NCBI GenBank assembly: GCA_963831755.1 | Contig: CAWHRC010000004.1 | Span: 303,490 to 367,489, forward strand | Reading direction: 5' to 3' | Source of the DNA: an uncultured Acidobacteriota bacterium | Lineage (GTDB): Bacteria; Acidobacteriota; Vicinamibacteria; Fen-336 | Length of the DNA stretch: 64,000 bases | Part shown: one piece after another, positions 9,802 to 19,885 of the stretch | How the letters are laid out: each line of letters opens with the position of its first letter | Position numbering within the stretch: position 1 is the first letter of the stretch | Notes under the pieces: generated by a model | What the model saw: the letters and a program-made list of their open reading frames with translations, nothing else | The model's database searches: none | Told to the model about the DNA's origin: nothing | Program-made: the position numbers and the translations under genes

Positions 9802-12132
9802 GTGTCCGCTGTGAGCGAGGTGCGCCCCCGCCGAGTGCTGCGGTCGCTGGCGATCGCCCTGGCACTCGCGGCGAGCCTCATGCTCGCGGCCGGCGCCGGG
9901 CGAGCCCGGGCCTCCGCCGACGGCGTGACGGACGCGCCGCCGGGCCGCCGCGTCCTGCTCGTCGGGCTGGACGGGGCCGACTGGCAGGCCATCGATCCGC
10001 TGGCGCGCGCGGGCAGGCTGCCGGTCTTTGCCCGGTTGCGGGACCACGGCCGCACCGGCATTCTGCTCGCGACGCCTCCGCTCGTCTCGCCCATCCTGTG
10101 GACGACGATCGCGACCGGCCGCCGCCCGGAGGACCACCGCATCCTCGACTTCATGGTGGACCTGCCGGGAGGCGGGCAGGCGCCAGTCCCGTCGAGCGAG
10201 CGCCGCGTGGCGGCGCTGTGGAACGTCTTCTCCGACGCCGGGCGGCGCGTGGGAGTCGTCGGTTGGTGGGCCACCTGGCCTGCCGAGGAGGTCGCCGGCA
10301 CGATCGTGTCCGATCGCGTCGCTCCGCAGCTCGCCCGTGGGGACACGCCGATCGAGGCCGGCTCGATCGCGCCGGCCAGCCGGACGGCAGAGCTCGCCGC
10401 TCGGCTCGTGCGCGCGAGAGACCTGACTCGCGAGGACCTCTCCGCGTACCTGCCGGTGACGGCGGAGGAGTACCGCGCTGCGCAGGAGGCGCTGCGCGAG
10501 GGGAGCGGACGGCTCTATCGCAACCCGCTCGCGCACCTCGCGGCGATCGTGGCCAGCACGCGCAGCTACGCCCAGATGGCCGAGGCAATCGTCGCGGGCC
10601 GCCAGCCCGGGCTGCTGCTCGTCTATCTCGAGGCGATCGATTCCGTCTCGCACCGCTTCGTCAAGGACGCGCGCGGCGCGGGGGCCATTGCCCGCGCTTA
10701 CGCCGACGTGGACGCCGTCATCGGCCGGCTCGCGGGCCGCGTCGCGCCGGACACCTGGGTGCTGGTCGTCTCCGACCACGGCTTCTACACCACGGACGCG
10801 GGCGTGGTCGAAGACCCGTCCGACCTCGAGGGCCCCGCCACCGCCTGGCACCGGCCGTACGGTATCGTCGCCGCCGCGGAGGCATGTGTGCTGACGGGCA
10901 GCTGCGAGTCGCCGCGGCCCCAGGACGTGGGCAGCGTGACGCCGCTCGACGTCGCACCGACGGTGCTGCAGGCGGCGGGCCTGTCTGCGAGCCGCGAGAT
11001 GCCGGGCCGGGCGGTGGCGGCCCTGGTCCCGGACGAGGCGGCGTCGCGTGCGATCCCCCGCGTCGCGACGCTGGAGCGGCCTCGTCGGCCCGCGGAGCCT
11101 CCGGCTCTCACGCCCGACGAGGCGTCGCGCGGGCGGCTCCGGGCGCTCGGCTACGTCGGCGCGAGCCGCACGTCGCTCGCCCGGCTGAACCTGGGCGAGA
11201 TCCTCTTCCGACGTGGCGACTTCGCCGGCGCCGAGCGCGAGCTGCGCGCCGTCGTGGACGCCCAGCCGGCGAGCGCGGCTGCCCTCGGCTGGCTCGCGAA
11301 GGCGATCGCGGCGCAGGGCCGCGCGCGCTCGGCCCTCGACGTGTACGCACGCGCGCTGGCGCTGCCCGGCGAGCCCGGCGACATGCTCGTCGAGGCCGTC
11401 GACCTCGCCGCGGCCGCAAAGCTCCCCGGTGAGATGCGGCGGATGCTCGCCGGTTGCGGCGAGCGCTGCCGCGCGACACCGGCCGGGGTGGTCGCGCGTG
11501 CGCAGCTGGCCCTGCAGGATGGCCACGCCGCCGTCGCCGAGCGCGAGCTGCGCGCGGCACTGGCCACCGACCCCGCCTACCTTCCCGCGCTCGAGCGGCT
11601 GGTCGACCTTCTCGGCTCGGCAGGCCGGGGACGCGATGCCGTCGCGCCGTTGCGGGCGGGCGCCGACCGCGCCCCCCGGTCCGCGCGGCACCAGGCACTC
11701 CTCGGGATGGCGCTGCTCGCAGCCGGCGACGCGCAGCAGGCCGAGCAGCGACTGGCGCGCGCCGTCGCCCTGGCCCCGGACGGTGTCTCCGCGAGGGTCG
11801 AGCTCGCCCGGGCGCAGCTGATGCAGGGGCGCGTGGACATCGCGCTGGCGACGCTCGAGGGTGCCGCCCTCGCCGGCTCGGCGGAAGCTGCGGGCCTGCG
11901 CGGGGCCGCCCACGCGCGGCGGGGCGAGTGGAGGCCGGCTGCGGAGGCCTACGAGGTCGCCCTGCGCGCGGCGCCTCCGACACCCGACCTCCTCAACGCA
12001 CTGGCCTGGGCGCGCCTCCAGCTGGGGCAGCGAGGGGAGAGCACACGACTGCTGCAGCGATCGCTCGCGCTCCAGTCCGACCAGCCCGAGATCCGAAGGT
12101 TGCTCGCGCAGATCGAGCGGGGGGGGCGCTGA
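9802..12132 (+). CDS. Alkaline-phosphatase-superfamily enzyme (type I phosphodiesterase/NPP-like) fused to C-terminal TPR repeats, secreted or membrane-anchored
   Basis: N-terminal hydrophobic signal. LLVGLDGADWQAIDP metal-site motif and VVSDHGF. The C-terminal ~330 aa are Ala/Leu-rich TPR-like repeats. Confidence 0.7.
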   Translation: MSAVSEVRPRRVLRSLAIALALAASLMLAAGAGRARASADGVTDAPPGRRVLLVGLDGADWQAIDPLARAGRLPVFARLRDHGRTGILLATPPLVSPILWTTIATGRRPEDHRILDFMVDLPGGGQAPVPSSERRVAALWNVFSDAGRRVGVVGWWATWPAEEVAGTIVSDRVAPQLARGDTPIEAGSIAPASRTAELAARLVRARDLTREDLSAYLPVTAEEYRAAQEALREGSGRLYRNPLAHLAAIVASTRSYAQMAEAIVAGRQPGLLLVYLEAIDSVSHRFVKDARGAGAIARAYADVDAVIGRLAGRVAPDTWVLVVSDHGFYTTDAGVVEDPSDLEGPATAWHRPYGIVAAAEACVLTGSCESPRPQDVGSVTPLDVAPTVLQAAGLSASREMPGRAVAALVPDEAASRAIPRVATLERPRRPAEPPALTPDEASRGRLRALGYVGASRTSLARLNLGEILFRRGDFAGAERELRAVVDAQPASAAALGWLAKAIAAQGRARSALDVYARALALPGEPGDMLVEAVDLAAAAKLPGEMRRMLAGCGERCRATPAGVVARAQLALQDGHAAVAERELRAALATDPAYLPALERLVDLLGSAGRGRDAVAPLRAGADRAPRSARHQALLGMALLAAGDAQQAEQRLARAVALAPDGVSARVELARAQLMQGRVDIALATLEGAALAGSAEAAGLRGAAHARRGEWRPAAEAYEVALRAAPPTPDLLNALAWARLQLGQRGESTRLLQRSLALQSDQPEIRRLLAQIERGGR

Positions 12133-12134
12133 CC

Positions 12135-14393
12135 GTGGCCAAACGGCGCCGGTCAAGTCCGCGACCGGCAGCGCCTGGAGCGACTGCGCGCTCCGCTGTC
12201 GGCGCGCCGGGCCCCGCACGCCCGGCGCGACGCGCCCTGGCGGTGGGCGGAGCCTGTGCCCTGACCGTCCTCGCCGCCCTCGCCGCGTTCGTGCTCTTCG
12301 CAAATCGGCACGGGCCGCTGAACGTGTTGTTGGTCACCATTGACACTCTGCGGGCCGATCGCGTGGGCTGCTACGGCTACGGGCCAGCCGAGACACCCAT
12401 CCTCGACGGCCTCGCCGCGCGGGGCGTGCGCTTCACGACCGCGATCGCCCACGCGCCGCTCACCGCGCCCTCGCACGCCTCGATCCTCACCGGCCTACTG
12501 CCCCTCGGCCACGGCGTGAGGGACAACGGCTCCTTCGTCCTGCCCCCGTCCCCGACCACGCTCGCCGAGGCCTTTCGGGAAGGCGGCTACCGCACGGCGG
12601 CGTTCGTGTCCGGCTTTCCGCTCGATCGTCGCTTCGGCTTTGCCCGCGGCTTCGAGACATACGATGACCGGATGCTCCACGGCCGCGACTCGCGGCGCGC
12701 GCCCTACGTCGAGCGCACGGCCGCCGAGGTGACGCGCGCTGCCGTCGACTGGATCCGCAGCGCACGCTCCCCCTGGTTCGCGTGGGTGCACTACTTCGAC
12801 CCGCATGCCCCCTACGAGCCGCCGGGGGACCTCGCCCAGCGCTTCTCCTCGAGCCCCTACGACGGCGAGGTCGCCTTCGTCGACCGCGAGCTGGGCGGGC
12901 TGCTGGCCACCGCCACGGGCGGGCCGTCGCGCACGCTGGTGCTCGTGACCTCCGACCACGGAGAGAGCCTGGGCCAGCACGGGGAAGCGACGCACGGAGT
13001 CTTCGTCTACGACGCGACGCTTCGGGTGCCCTGGATCATGGCCGGGCCCGGCATCCCGCGCGGCCGGGTGTCGCCCGTCGTCGCCCGGGGCATCGACGTC
13101 GCCCCCACCCTCCTCGACTACGCGGGCCTGCGCATCCCGCGCGCCATGCAGGGTCGCGCGCTGCGGGCGGCCGCGGACGGGCGGCCGATGGAAGACGCCC
13201 CGACCTATGCCGAGTCGCTGTTCTGCAGGCTCAATCTCGGCTGGGCGGAGCTCCACGCCTGGCGGACGGCACGCTGGAAGCTCATCGATGCACCAAGGCC
13301 GGAGCTCTACGACCTCGGGGCCGACCCCGGCGAGGCGCGGGACGTGTCGGCCGCCCGGGCGCAGGACGCCCGTACCCTGCAGTCTGCGCTCCAGGGCGTG
13401 CTCGCGGCCTCACCGCCCGGCGCTTCGACCGTGCCCGGCCGAGAGGTCCAGGAGCGCCTGCGTGCCCTCGGCTACGTGGCGGGGGCCGCTCCGGCGCGTC
13501 CCACGGGGCGTGACCCTAAGGACGGGATTGCGCTGGTCGAGCGGCTGGAGCGCGGCCTGGCCGAGGCGCGGGCCCGCCCCGCCTTCGCCGTGGACGAGCT
13601 GTCGGCGGTCCTCGCGGCAGAGCCCGACGCCCCACTGGCCCGTCGCTACCGCGCGATTGCCTACCAGTTCGCGGGACGGTACGAAGAGTCTGTCGCCGAC
13701 ATCCGCGCCCTCGAGACGAGAGGGCCCCTCTCCCTCGAGGAACTCACGGTGCTCGCCGAGTCGCTTCGCCTCGCGGGCCGGCGCGAGGAGGCCCTGGCCA
13801 CGCTCGATCGCGCCGCTGCCCTCGACCCGCAGGCACCCGAGCCGGCCCTTTTCCGGGCGCGCACGCTGCGGGCCATGGGGCGGAGAGCGGAGGCAGAAGC
13901 CGCCCTCCGGCAGGCGCTCGCCCTCGGCCCTGGGAACGGCGAGGCCCGGCGGGGCCTCGCCGAGCTGGCGCTCGAGCGAGGAGCGACCGACGAGGCGGCT
14001 TCTCTCCTGGAGGCCATCGTCGCCAGCGATCCGACTGACGCGCCGGCCCTCGTCAAGCTGGGCATCGCGCGCATGCGCGCGGGGCGCCTCGACGACGCAC
14101 TCGCCCTCTTCGAGCGGGCGGTGACGCTCGAGCCGACGAACGCCGAGGCCCTCCTCGACCTGGCCGGGGCTCTCGGCAAGAGTGGGCGCTCGGCGGCCGC
14201 GATCCCCCGCTTCGAGAAGGCGATCGAGGTCGGCGGACGCACGACGACGGCGCTCAACGGCCTCGGTGTCGCCCGCCTCGAATCGGGCGACGCAGCCGGC
14301 GCCGTCCGCGCCTTCCGCGAATCACTGGCCCTCGACCCGCAGCAGGCCGGGATCGCCGATCTCCTGCGGCAGGTGTCGGGAGGGAAGAAGTGA
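12135..14393 (+). CDS. Sulfatase-like (AlkP superfamily, Thr-nucleophile type) enzyme with N-terminal TM anchor and C-terminal TPR repeats
   Basis: Pfam-Sulfatase-like motifs (LLVTIDTLRADR, TSDHGE). Thr replaces the fGly Cys/Ser (PLTAPSHASILTG). Signal-anchor LAVGGACALTVLAALAAFVLF. C-terminal TPR. Probable GTG start immediately after the upstream stop. Confidence 0.75.
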   Translation: MAKRRRSSPRPAAPGATARSAVGAPGPARPARRALAVGGACALTVLAALAAFVLFANRHGPLNVLLVTIDTLRADRVGCYGYGPAETPILDGLAARGVRFTTAIAHAPLTAPSHASILTGLLPLGHGVRDNGSFVLPPSPTTLAEAFREGGYRTAAFVSGFPLDRRFGFARGFETYDDRMLHGRDSRRAPYVERTAAEVTRAAVDWIRSARSPWFAWVHYFDPHAPYEPPGDLAQRFSSSPYDGEVAFVDRELGGLLATATGGPSRTLVLVTSDHGESLGQHGEATHGVFVYDATLRVPWIMAGPGIPRGRVSPVVARGIDVAPTLLDYAGLRIPRAMQGRALRAAADGRPMEDAPTYAESLFCRLNLGWAELHAWRTARWKLIDAPRPELYDLGADPGEARDVSAARAQDARTLQSALQGVLAASPPGASTVPGREVQERLRALGYVAGAAPARPTGRDPKDGIALVERLERGLAEARARPAFAVDELSAVLAAEPDAPLARRYRAIAYQFAGRYEESVADIRALETRGPLSLEELTVLAESLRLAGRREEALATLDRAAALDPQAPEPALFRARTLRAMGRRAEAEAALRQALALGPGNGEARRGLAELALERGATDEAASLLEAIVASDPTDAPALVKLGIARMRAGRLDDALALFERAVTLEPTNAEALLDLAGALGKSGRSAAAIPRFEKAIEVGGRTTTALNGLGVARLESGDAAGAVRAFRESLALDPQQAGIADLLRQVSGGKK

Positions 14394-16567
14394 GCCGCTC
14401 TCGTCGACGCAAGCCGTCGGCCGCCGTGGCAACCCCCCCGGCGCCTCCTTCGCGACGTTGGGGCTGGCTGGGCTTGGGGGCCGTGGCGCTCCTGGCCGCG
14501 GGAGCGCTCCTCGTCCTGCGGCAGCGCCCGGCGCCTTCGCCCTCGCAGCCCGGCCTCAACGTGCTCCTCGTGACGCTCGACACGACGCGCGCCGACCGCC
14601 TAGGCTGCTACGGCTACGCACCCGCCCGGACGCGCCACCTCGACCGACTGGCCGAGGAGGGGACACGCTTTGCGACCGTCGTCGCGCCGGCTCCCATCAC
14701 GCTGCCCTCTCACAGCTCGATCCTCACCGGCCTCTATCCGTTCGAGCACGGGGTCCGCAACAACGGCAACTTCTACCTCGCCCCACGCTTCGAGACCCTG
14801 GCCACCCGCCTCAAGGCCCGGGGCTACCGCACCGGTGCCTTCGTCAGCTCCTTCATCCTCGATCGCCGCTACGGCCTCGACCGCGGCTTCGAGGTCTACG
14901 ACGACCACATGGAAGGGGAGTACGCGCAGGTCGTCACGCTGCAGGCGGAGCGACGGGGAGACCGCACGGCGCTCGCGCTGGGCCGGTGGATCGACGAGCG
15001 GACGAAGGAGCCGGAGGTCCCCTTCTTCGCCTGGCTCCACCTCTACGACCCCCACGAGCCCTACCGGCCGCCGCACCCGTTCCGCGATCTCTTTCCCGAC
15101 GACCCCTACGAAGGCGAGATCGCGTTCGTCGACGCCATCGTCGCCTCCGTTCTCGACCGCCTGCGAGGGGCCGGCCTCCTCGACCGCACCCTGGTCGTGG
15201 TGACCGGCGACCACGGCGAGAGCCTGGGAGACCACGGGGAGACGACGCACTCGATGTTCCTCTACGAGGCGGCCATACGCGTGCCGCTCGTTCTCTGGCG
15301 GCCGGGGCTCGTGCCCGCGGGCCGGGTGGTCAGCGATCCCGTGCGCCTCGTCGACGTCGCGCCGACGATCCTCGACCTCGTCGGCGCCCCCGCCCTCCCG
15401 GCACCGCACGCGCGGAGCCTGGTCCCCCTTCTCACCGGACGGGGCCGGGGCTCGCCGCCCCCCGCCTACTCGGAGACGCTGCTGCCGAAGTTCTACATGA
15501 ACTGGGCTCCGCTGCGGGCCCTCCGCGACGGCCGGTACAAGTTGATCGACGCCCCCCGCCCCGAGCTCTACGACTTGTCCGTCGATCCTGGCGAGTCCAG
15601 GAACCTCTACGCCGAGCGGCCGAAGACGGCCGAGGCGCTGCGCGAGGGCCTCGTCCGGCTCACGGCCGGAGGCGACGCGATGAGCGTCCAGAGCCTCGAC
15701 CGCGAGGCCATGGAGAAGCTGGCCGCGCTCGGATACATCGGCGCCGGGGCGGAGCCCCGGGCGTCCGACACCTCGAGCCTCGCCGACCCCAAGGACTTCA
15801 TCGCCCTCTTCGACCGCCTGCGCCAGGCCAACAGCGCCGTGCGCGACCGGCGGTTCGACGAGGCCATCCCCATCCTGAAGGCGGTCCTGGCCGGCGACCC
15901 GAAGAACGCGTTCGCAACGCTGATCCTGGGAAGCGCCTACATGGGCAAGGGAAGCAGCCGGGAGGCGATCACCCAGTTCCGCCGCTACCTCGAGCTCGTC
16001 CCCACGAGCTCGTACGCTCACCAGTGGATCGCGATCTGCCACGTGCGGCTCGGGGAGCGGGAGGCGGCCCTGCGGGAGGCCGAGGCGGCGCTGGTCCTCG
16101 ATCCGCGGTTCACCGACGCGCGCGTGCTGAAGGCGGGAGTCCTCGCGACGCGGGGCGAGCACGAGGCGGCCATCCGGGTCCTGCGCGAGGCCATCGCCAC
16201 CGACCCCGGGAAGCCGATGATCCGGCTCGACCTCGCGAAGATCCTGACCGAGGCCGGCCACCGGGACGAGGCGCGGGCCGAGTACGAGACGGTCCTCCGG
16301 CTCGAGCCCGACTCCGTGCCCGGCCTCACCGGGCTGGGCGCGCTGCTCGCCGGGCAGGGCGATCTCGAAGGGGCGGAGACCGTCCTGCGCCGCGCCCTCG
16401 GGCACGACGCCGAGGCCACTCAGGCCCGCTTCAACCTCGCCCAGGTGCTCGAGCGCGCGAAGCGCGCGAGCGAGGCCGCGGCCGAGTACCGGCGGGTGGC
16501 CGGGGACGAGAAGGCTTCCCCGGACCTGCGCGCCGCGGCACGGGCACGCCTGCCCCCCCAGCCGTGA
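14390..16567 (+). CDS. Sulfatase-like (AlkP superfamily, Thr-nucleophile type) enzyme with TM anchor and C-terminal TPR repeats, tandem paralog
   Basis: GTGA start/stop overlap with the previous gene. LLVTLDTTRADR, PITLPSHSSILTG, VTGDHGE. TM anchor WGWLGLGAVALLAAGALLVL. C-terminal TPR (YMGKG..., multiple AEAL/ALxLxP repeats). Confidence 0.8.
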   Translation: MSRSRRRKPSAAVATPPAPPSRRWGWLGLGAVALLAAGALLVLRQRPAPSPSQPGLNVLLVTLDTTRADRLGCYGYAPARTRHLDRLAEEGTRFATVVAPAPITLPSHSSILTGLYPFEHGVRNNGNFYLAPRFETLATRLKARGYRTGAFVSSFILDRRYGLDRGFEVYDDHMEGEYAQVVTLQAERRGDRTALALGRWIDERTKEPEVPFFAWLHLYDPHEPYRPPHPFRDLFPDDPYEGEIAFVDAIVASVLDRLRGAGLLDRTLVVVTGDHGESLGDHGETTHSMFLYEAAIRVPLVLWRPGLVPAGRVVSDPVRLVDVAPTILDLVGAPALPAPHARSLVPLLTGRGRGSPPPAYSETLLPKFYMNWAPLRALRDGRYKLIDAPRPELYDLSVDPGESRNLYAERPKTAEALREGLVRLTAGGDAMSVQSLDREAMEKLAALGYIGAGAEPRASDTSSLADPKDFIALFDRLRQANSAVRDRRFDEAIPILKAVLAGDPKNAFATLILGSAYMGKGSSREAITQFRRYLELVPTSSYAHQWIAICHVRLGEREAALREAEAALVLDPRFTDARVLKAGVLATRGEHEAAIRVLREAIATDPGKPMIRLDLAKILTEAGHRDEARAEYETVLRLEPDSVPGLTGLGALLAGQGDLEGAETVLRRALGHDAEATQARFNLAQVLERAKRASEAAAEYRRVAGDEKASPDLRAAARARLPPQP

Positions 16568-16627
16568 TAGAGCAGGAAGGCCGCAAGCTGCGAAGCGAGC
16601 CCGATTCACTCGGGCGAGCGTAGCGGG

Positions 16628-16653
16628 GGGGTGAGAGGGGGGACACGGCGCAG
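16628..16653 (+). terminator. Stem-loop (10-bp GC stem) downstream of the sulfatase-TPR operon
   Basis: GGGGGGACAC-ggcgca-GTGTCCCCCC perfect inverted repeat. No U-tract, as is usual in high-GC genomes. Confidence 0.45.
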
Positions 16654-16668
16654 TGTCCCCCCTAACAA

Positions 16669-16693
16669 GAAAGGGGTGGCGAGCGCGCCGCTC
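16669..16693. terminator. Second stem-loop (11-bp stem) in the convergent intergenic region
   Basis: GGTGGCGAGCG-cgc-CGCTCGCCACC perfect inverted repeat. Confidence 0.4.
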
Positions 16694-16710
16694 GCCACCC
16701 CCGCGCGTCA

Positions 16711-16731
16711 GGCGGCCGGTCCCAGGGACCG
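16711..16731 (-). terminator. Stem-loop (9-bp stem) just downstream of the TonB-receptor gene end
   Basis: GGCCGGTCC-cag-GGACCGGCC inverted repeat, 12 nt past the receptor stop at 16743. Confidence 0.4.
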
Positions 16732-16742
16732 GCCGTGCTCCG

Positions 16743-19575
16743 TCAGAACTGGAACCGCACGCCGAACTCGGCCTGCCGCTGGCTGTTGGGGACGATCTGG
16801 GTGGCGGTGCCGAAGTTGGCTGAGGTGTACGTGTTGATGAACCCGTAGGCCGGATCGCCCGCGAAGTTCACGTGGTTCGTGAGGTTGAACACCTCGAAGA
16901 GGACCTCGAGGTACTTGGCGCCGCCGAAGCGGAACATCTTGGAGAGCCGGACGTCCCAGGTCAGGAAGTTCGGGCCGGTGAAGGAGTCCCGGGTGAACAT
17001 CTGACCCGTTGCCGGGTCGATGGCTCGCACGGAGTTGCGCAGGCCTCCGAAACCCGCCTGGGCGTTGTACGGCTTGCCCGTGTTGTACTGGAAGCCGCTC
17101 GAGACCTGGAAGTTCCACGGCAGCTGGTAGACGAGCCCCGCCGTCACGCGGTGACGGACGTCGTTGGGAGTCGGGCCGTAGTCGAGGTCCCAGTTGGCGT
17201 TCGTGATGTCGGCGGGCTGGGAGAGGAAGTCGTTCGCGATGTTCTTCGCCTTCGACCACGTGTACGTGGCGAGGCCGCTCAACTTCGTCGAGCGCACCTT
17301 GCCCGCGAAGTACACGCCGTTGAAGCTCGAGTGACCACCGTTGCCCTCGACGATGTACGGACCGTGCTCGGGATCGAACACGCCCGCCGGCGAGATGCCG
17401 GTGTTCACGTTCTGCGGGGTGTTGATCCGCCAGCGGTGGATCTCGTCGTGGCGCCCGAGGCGTGCACGTAGTCGATGTCGAAGGCCACGTAGCGAGTCGG
17501 CGCCAGCGAGAGGCCCGCGTTGGCGTGATCCGCGTACGGCTGCACGAGGTCGGGGGCGGTGAGCCGGACCGCCTGGCCGGCGAAGGTCGGGTCCAGGAAG
17601 GAGTTGCGTATCGCGTCGCGGTTGGCGGCGAACTGGGCCGCGCTGAAGGGTGGCGGCGAGGCGGAGACGAAGTTGAGCGGGGTCCTCGGGTCGGACCAGG
17701 CCTCGTAGAGCGTGATGTTCTGGAAGATCTCGTCGTAGTAGCGGCCCTAGCCGCCGCGGACGACCAGCGGTCGCGTCGCCCTTGACGTCGTAGGCGAAAC
17801 CGAGGCGCGGGCCGAAGTTGTTCTTGTCGTTCTTCAGCTGGCCGTTGTACCCGAGGGACTCGAGGACGCCCTTGCCCACGCTGTTGAACTTGTTGGCGTA
17901 GGGACCGGTCTGGATCTCCCAGCGCAGGCCCAGGTTCAGGGTCAGCCGGGGCGTCGGCTTCCAGTCGTCCTGGACGTAGCCGGCCACGTAGGTCCAGTCG
18001 TCGTTGGCCACGTTGGTGCCGGCGGAGCCGGTGAAGGTGTCGGCGATGGCGTTCGTCGTAGTCGCTGACGCTGTGAGCCCCGGGGATCGGGTTGTTGAAG
18101 ATGAAGTAGCCGTACAGGGTGGGGATGAAGAAGCCCCCGTAGTGGGACTGCAGCACCTCGGCGCCGGCCTTGAAGTTGTGGTCGCCCGCCCAGCCCTCCT
18201 TGCGGAAGGAGAGGTCGTCGCGGAATTGCCAGCGCTTCTGGATGGTCTGCTGCGGCGTGTTGACGCTCGCGCCGGCGATGAAGTCGGGCGTGCTGATCCC
18301 CGGGATGTCGGGGTGGTCGGCCGTGATGTTGTTCTCGAAGTGCTGGAACATCACGGTCAGCTCGTTGACCTTGCCCGTCCCGAACACGGTGGTGTTCTTG
18401 GCGATCGCGGAGTGGATCTTGTTGGTGTTGGTCGCCGCTCCCGACGCGAGCAGGTTCCCGCCGGTGAAGTCGTTCTTGCGGTCGTTGTCCTCGAGAGCGT
18501 AGCGGACGATCATCGAGTTCTTGGGGCTCAGCTCGAAGTTCAGCTTGGCGGTGAGCAGGTGGTTCCGGAACGGCTTCTCGATCGGGCCTTCCTCGTTCGG
18601 CAGGACGCCGTTCGTGAAGATGGTGTCGGTCTGGTTGCGCCGGTTCCGCTCGTAGGACACGAAGAAGTGGGCCTTGTCCTTCTGGATCGGCCCGCCCAGG
18701 GTGCCGCCGAACTGCTGCTGGCTGAAGTCCGGCTTCGGCGCGTTCGTCTGCTCCTCGAAGTAGGTCCGGGAGTTCAGGCTCTGGTTGCGGGCGAAGAGGA
18801 ACGCGCTGCCGTGGAACTCGTTCGTCCCGCTCTTGGTGATCACGTTGACGACGCCGCCCACCGAGCGGCCGTACTCCGCGCTGTAGCGCTGGGTGGTGAC
18901 CTTGTACTCCTGGATGGCGTCGTTGCTGAACTGCTGGAGGAGCCCGCGAACGACCCCGTCGTTGTTGTCGCCGCCGTCCACGTTGATGATCACCGAGCGG
19001 CCGGTGGCGCCACCGTAGCTGATCCCGCCCACCTCGGTCTTGGTGGGGTCGTAGTAGTTCGAGGGACGCGTGCCGGGGACGAGCAGCGAGAGGTCCTGGA
19101 ACTTCCGCCCGTTGAGGGGGATGTTCTCGACCATCTTCTGCGTGATCACCTGGCCGACGTCGGAAGTGGTCGCCTGAATCAGCGGAGACTCGCCCACGAC
19201 CTCGATGGTCTCGGTGACCGCTCCCACCTTCATGGCGAAGTCGACGGTCACGGTGTCGCCGACCCGGACCTCCACTCCCTTCGAGACCTGCGTCGAGAAG
19301 CCGGTCAGCGTCGCGGTCACGTCGTAGGTGCCGGCAGGGAGGGCGGAAATGCGGTAGGTGCCGGTCGGGCTGACGACCGCGGAGCGGGTGAGGCCGGTGG
19401 CGGCGCTCTTGGCGGTCACCGTCGCCCCGGGCACGGCACCTCGGCTCTGGTCAAGCACGCGGCCGTCGATCACGCCGACGTTGCCCTGTGCCCGTACGGT
19501 TGTGGGAAGAGCTACAGCCAGACCGACTGCGACCGCGAAGACGGTGGCGAGGGTCGGCCATCGCAACAGCGTCAT
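16743..19575 (-). pseudogene. TonB-dependent receptor (CarboxypepD_reg N-domain + plug + beta-barrel), disrupted by at least 3 frameshifts plus an in-frame TAG. Alternatively indel errors in the sequence.
   Basis: ATG at 19575 with a GGAGG RBS. Signal peptide MTLLRWPTLATVFAVAVGLAVALPTTVRA. Receptor-like sequence is continuous for about 520 aa, then jumps frame near 18010, again near 17750 (TAG in the old frame), and again near 17455. The C-terminus ...AEFGVRFQF is the canonical barrel end. Confidence 0.75.
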
Positions 19576-19885
19576 GCGTACCTCCAGAAGGGTCCACGTC
19601 GCCATCGAAAACTGCACGTCTCGATGTGAGGTTGTCGCGCCGGCGAGGCGCTGAAGATTCAACTCTCTGGATGGTTTCGGCCTGTCAAGGAATGTCAGCA
19701 ATCGACGTGCCCTATTCCGGGACCACGCCACACGTCACCCAAATCGTTGAAAAGCAGCTAGTTGATCCTGGCTGGCGTACGGCCCGGGGGCCGCGAGATC
19801 CAAGCGACTGCAGATGTGAATCCATCGCTCAGGATGCCCCGCGGGGCGAGTGTCCGGAAGCCGGGCAGGAAGCCCGGGCTACGGT

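Noticed and set aside
7633-12303. 1556-aa minus-strand ORF
   Set aside because: It is antisense to the Ser/Thr kinase and AlkP-TPR genes. Its composition is dominated by R/A/G/P with no domain signature. The sense-strand genes have clear motifs.
7705-16567. Possibility that the kinase plus AlkP-fold genes are a Pgl/BREX-type phage defence module (PglW kinase, PglZ alkaline-phosphatase fold)
   Set aside because: The kinase has a periplasmic sensor and HAMP domain, unlike cytoplasmic PglW. The AlkP-fold proteins carry signal or anchor sequences and TPR arrays and are NPP/LtaS-like rather than PglZ-like. No methyltransferase (PglX) or ATPase (BrxC/PglY) is nearby.
14600-16609. 669-aa minus-strand ORF
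   Set aside because: Antisense to the second sulfatase-TPR gene. Low-complexity translation.
19576-19885. Cobalamin or other riboswitch in the lower-GC leader of the TonB-dependent receptor
   Set aside because: Read on the minus strand, the ~100-nt leader lacks a B12 box (GCCACTG-like) or other riboswitch cores I recognise. Only a TTGACA -35-like hexamer and the RBS were noted.
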